Assembly: GCA_963803805.1 (NCBI GenBank)
Contig: CAWDOD010000003.1
Coordinates: 480,001-544,000 of the forward strand
DNA length: 64,000 nt
Source of the DNA: an uncultured cyanobacterium
Lineage (GTDB): Bacteria > Cyanobacteriota > Cyanobacteriia > Cyanobacteriales > CAWCAG01
Direction: 5' to 3'
The position numbers and the translations under genes are program-made. The notes beneath the pieces were generated by a model. The model worked only from the letters and a program-made list of their open reading frames with translations. It did not search any database and was not told where the DNA came from. Positions within the stretch are counted from its first letter, which is position 1; each line of letters starts with the position of its first letter. This document shows positions 60,989-64,000 of this stretch, one piece after another.

Positions 60989-62974
60989 TTACCAGAAATA
61001 GCCTTCTTCTATGGTAGTTTCTTGGTTTTCATGGTTGTATTTTAATAAATATTCCTTGGCGATCGCCCCGGATTTTCTTAACTGTTCTACCTCCATTTTA
61101 CCTATTTCTGTATCCGTAGAAAGGAGGATAACTTGATGAGAAGCAGCCGGAAAATAGCGTTCCACTAAATTATGGCGGTGTTCTGAATCTAATCTTCCTA
61201 AAGGCGTGTCAATAGCTACGGGCAAATTGCGTCCTGAAACCCTTGCTAGTCCCCATAAAAAAGCAATTGCTAGGAGTTGTTTTTCCCCGGCGGAAAGGCG
61301 ATGTTTGGGTACAGATTCTCCTTGAAGATTATAAAGTGAAAGGCAGAAATTTTCGCTGTCAATAGCAATGCGATGCACTAAATCTTCTTTGTGGAGGAGA
61401 TAGCGGAAGCATTCTGTCACTTCTACCTCTAAACGATTTAACTTTTTTAAAGTTAATTTTTCTCTAAATAATTGTAGGGTTTTTTGTACCTTAGCTGCGG
61501 ATTTAATAATATGTTCGTCGTTGCTGCGATCAATATGTTCTTCTCCATATTTTTGCAACTCTTTTTTCGTTTCTACAATCTCTCGTTCTATTTCCGTACA
61601 CTTTTTATTACCTGATTCATATTCAGCCTGTACTTTACCTAACTCTTTTTGGGCTTTTGCTACTGCTTTTTCTAATTTTTCATAGGCTTCTGGGGGGGCA
61701 GCAGTTTCTAGTTGACATTCTTGAGAGTTTATTTCTAATTCAATTTGTTCTAACTTTTCTAATCGCTCTTTTGCCAAAGAAATTTGTCTCGGAACTTCTC
61801 TATAGATAAGATGGTTTAATTGCTTAACTTCCTCACTTCCGCATCCCAAATAAGCATCTCTTTCTGCTTTTATTTCTGTGTCTAAAGATTGATTTTCTGC
61901 TGCTAAAAAAGCTTCGATTTGCTTAAACTTATTTTTAGCTAAAGAAATAGATTGTATATATTCTAGCAAACGTTCATCTCTTTCTACTAACACTTCTCTA
62001 GCAATTTGTGCCTGTTCTCTTTTAACTTCTACTTCCCCTTGTTGGTAGGTTTCTTTTAACAAAGGTACAATCAATCCTAAAGGCAGAACATCCCCCACAA
62101 CTTCTTTCAAACCTTGACGCTGTTCTTCTTGTTCCTTTTGTAATTGTTTAAGTCCTGCTTCTAACTGAGAACGCTTTGCGGCAATTTTCCCTCCTTCTAC
62201 AATAAAGTTACTTGTTGCTATTTGCTGTTTTTCCTGTGCCTTAGCTAACTTTTCTTGTAACTCAGATAACTCTTGCTTAGCAATTACCAAATCATCTTTT
62301 TGTTGCTTAATCCTCTTTTCAATAGCTTCAATATCAAGGCGCTGCTTTTGCGTAGCTAAAGCTTTTCTTTTGCGAGTAACTAAAATATCTAAATCGACAC
62401 TCAACCTTTCTGCTAACTCCAACCCCAAAAGAGATTGAATTGCTTCAACAACCATAATTGGTGGAGTCTCTAACTCTGCCAATTCCTTTACCTGTTCCCC
62501 ATCAAAAAGGAATAGATTAGCAATACCTAAAGGAAAAATATCTTCTATTCTCTCATCCCAGGTTTTGGTTAAAGCATCATCAAACCATTTATCAACGGCG
62601 ATATTTAAAGTATCTTTACCATTTCTCGGATTCCTTAACCAACTCCTTCTAATCCGAAAAACGGCTTGTTGGCTATTATAAATATGTTCAAAAGCTAACT
62701 CCACACAAGTCTCTTCTGTCGCTTTTGCTAATTTATGTACCGATTGGGTAAGAAAGTCTCCGTAACTTAAGTTACCACGGGTAGAACATTGGGCGCGGCT
62801 ACCATAAAAAGCAAGGCGTATGGCATCCATAAGCGTAGTTTTACCACCGCCATTCATTCCTCCTAACAGGATAATAGGGCTTGTATTTTCTTCCTCAACC
62901 GGAAATTGGAAATTAAGTATATTACGCCCCCTATAAGGGCCGAAATTTTGTAAAACTAGTTCGCAGAATCTCAC
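60989..62974 (-). CDS. dndD: DNA sulfur modification protein DndD (SMC-like ATPase)
   Basis: GGMNGGGKTT, FLFDGEQ, coiled coil, LSAGEKQ, IDTPLGRLD, LLSTDTE. Confidence 0.95.
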   Translation of the reverse strand: MRFCELVLQNFGPYRGRNILNFQFPVEEENTSPIILLGGMNGGGKTTLMDAIRLAFYGSRAQCSTRGNLSYGDFLTQSVHKLAKATEETCVELAFEHIYNSQQAVFRIRRSWLRNPRNGKDTLNIAVDKWFDDALTKTWDERIEDIFPLGIANLFLFDGEQVKELAELETPPIMVVEAIQSLLGLELAERLSVDLDILVTRKRKALATQKQRLDIEAIEKRIKQQKDDLVIAKQELSELQEKLAKAQEKQQIATSNFIVEGGKIAAKRSQLEAGLKQLQKEQEEQRQGLKEVVGDVLPLGLIVPLLKETYQQGEVEVKREQAQIAREVLVERDERLLEYIQSISLAKNKFKQIEAFLAAENQSLDTEIKAERDAYLGCGSEEVKQLNHLIYREVPRQISLAKERLEKLEQIELEINSQECQLETAAPPEAYEKLEKAVAKAQKELGKVQAEYESGNKKCTEIEREIVETKKELQKYGEEHIDRSNDEHIIKSAAKVQKTLQLFREKLTLKKLNRLEVEVTECFRYLLHKEDLVHRIAIDSENFCLSLYNLQGESVPKHRLSAGEKQLLAIAFLWGLARVSGRNLPVAIDTPLGRLDSEHRHNLVERYFPAASHQVILLSTDTEIGKMEVEQLRKSGAIAKEYLLKYNHENQETTIEEGYFW

Positions 62975-63057
62975 TCATTTACCTGGGGAAGTACCAACAA
63001 GTGCAAAATACTATCACTATTAGGTTAAGGAGTGCAAGATTACTCCTGGAATATTTT

Positions 63058-64000
63058 TTAAGAGTTAGGAAATTTCAAATTTCCCCAAGTTAATTGTTGA
63101 GACTCTAATTCGCTTTTTAAAGCATTAACATCTCCTTCTGTAGCAGCGTTCTTAATATTCCTTTTTGAGTGAGCATTTTTAATAGCTTCGTCCTTAGAAC
63201 GAGAACTAGTTACAAAGCATTCTTCCAAGGCTTGATAAATACCACTTCGTGTTGCTTTAGTATAATACTGCCGTTCCGTATCTATTAGTTTCGCCATCAA
63301 TTCTAAGTCCATAGCATCGTCGCAAATTTCTGTTAAAGTATGCCATTCTTCTACTCCCAGTAAGCTACTATCTGCCCCTGGGCGAGTATCAACAAACTTT
63401 TCTCCTGTTACTTCTTCATAAATACTAGGCAAGCTATCATCAAATTCATGCTTTTCTTCTAACCAAATGCGGCGTATTTCACTCAGTTCTTCCGGGGTAA
63501 TTAAGGTTATATTTTCCATGTTTTCTGGTGCAGTTTTGCGAACTTTTGTTTGGGCTTCTAATACTCTTTTTAACCAATGTTCGCGCCAATATCTTGTATA
63601 AGGGCCTGGTATATTTTCTACAGAAGTTTTCCCTTCTTTTTCTCTTTCAAAAAGTTGAACTTTACCAAATATACGACGAAAATCACGGCGATCGCGGTCA
63701 TTTTCAACATCTAATTCATTTCTGATATCTAAAAGAGGTTGCATCCATTCTTTTTCGGTGTCATTTTGGATCATTGCCTCCATAGATTTATCTTTATTAA
63801 CTAAGGTACAAACCCAACAACCAAAGCGGGAACTACCACAGCTAGGAGTGGAAGTATCAACTACTAAAGGACATTCATTATCTGCTGTTGCCCCCCGATA
63901 CATAGTAAATAAGTCTTTGTTATCAACTCCCCAAGGATTTTTCCACTGATTGAGATAAAGCCAAACTTCGTCAGTACGCCAGTCTTCAATGGGGGAATAA
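63058..64000 (-). CDS. dndC: DNA phosphorothioation sulfurtransferase DndC, partial (5' end beyond the window)
   Basis: Frame open to the edge (YSPIEDWRTDEVWLYL...NPWG), ECPLVVD...SCGSSRFGCWVCT, GPYT, ELSEIRRIW. Confidence 0.95.
   Translation of the reverse strand, partial: YSPIEDWRTDEVWLYLNQWKNPWGVDNKDLFTMYRGATADNECPLVVDTSTPSCGSSRFGCWVCTLVNKDKSMEAMIQNDTEKEWMQPLLDIRNELDVENDRDRRDFRRIFGKVQLFEREKEGKTSVENIPGPYTRYWREHWLKRVLEAQTKVRKTAPENMENITLITPEELSEIRRIWLEEKHEFDDSLPSIYEEVTGEKFVDTRPGADSSLLGVEEWHTLTEICDDAMDLELMAKLIDTERQYYTKATRSGIYQALEECFVTSSRSKDEAIKNAHSKRNIKNAATEGDVNALKSELESQQLTWGNLKFPNS

Larger units (their letters stand above)
796..63695. repeat. HIP1 octamers (GCGATCGC), dispersed
   Basis: About 25 copies counted by eye, e.g. 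796, 2206, 53307, 54960, 57046, 61059, 63688. Hallmark of cyanobacterial genomes. Confidence 0.9.

Noticed and set aside
1443-63949. Many short (60-130 aa) ORFs overlapping longer genes, e.g. 12660-13049, 29236-29496, 35038-35334, 55432-55722
   Set aside because: Antisense or alternate-frame shadows of well-supported genes, with no recognisable motifs

Overview
An AT-rich cyanobacterial chromosome segment, identified by roughly 25 HIP1 GCGATCGC octamers counted by eye and by psbB/psbT/psbH/psbN, ccmO, raf1, gun4 and ictB. Most of it is core housekeeping and photosynthesis genes (icd, smpB, carA, rlmB, ychF, cbiT, cdsA, nrdR, rps1, fur, sufE, tatA, tilS, mltG, tsaB). The most notable accessory region is a three-gene module at 52.3-59.2 kb: an HTH-TIR-P-loop NTPase gene, a closely linked P-loop NTPase carrying four cyclic-nucleotide-type GAF domains with no output domain, and a divergent PDE-like HD hydrolase. 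This is my best candidate for an undescribed nucleotide-signalling or defence system. Other points of interest are a Cph2-type photoreceptor/c-di-GMP enzyme divergent from a tandem two-globin gene across a 34-bp palindrome, a dndC-dndD-dndE phosphorothioation cluster at the right edge, several apparent pseudo-enzymes, a probable ATT start codon, an IS630 remnant and MITE-like elements. All calls come from motif recognition by eye; no database searches were run.
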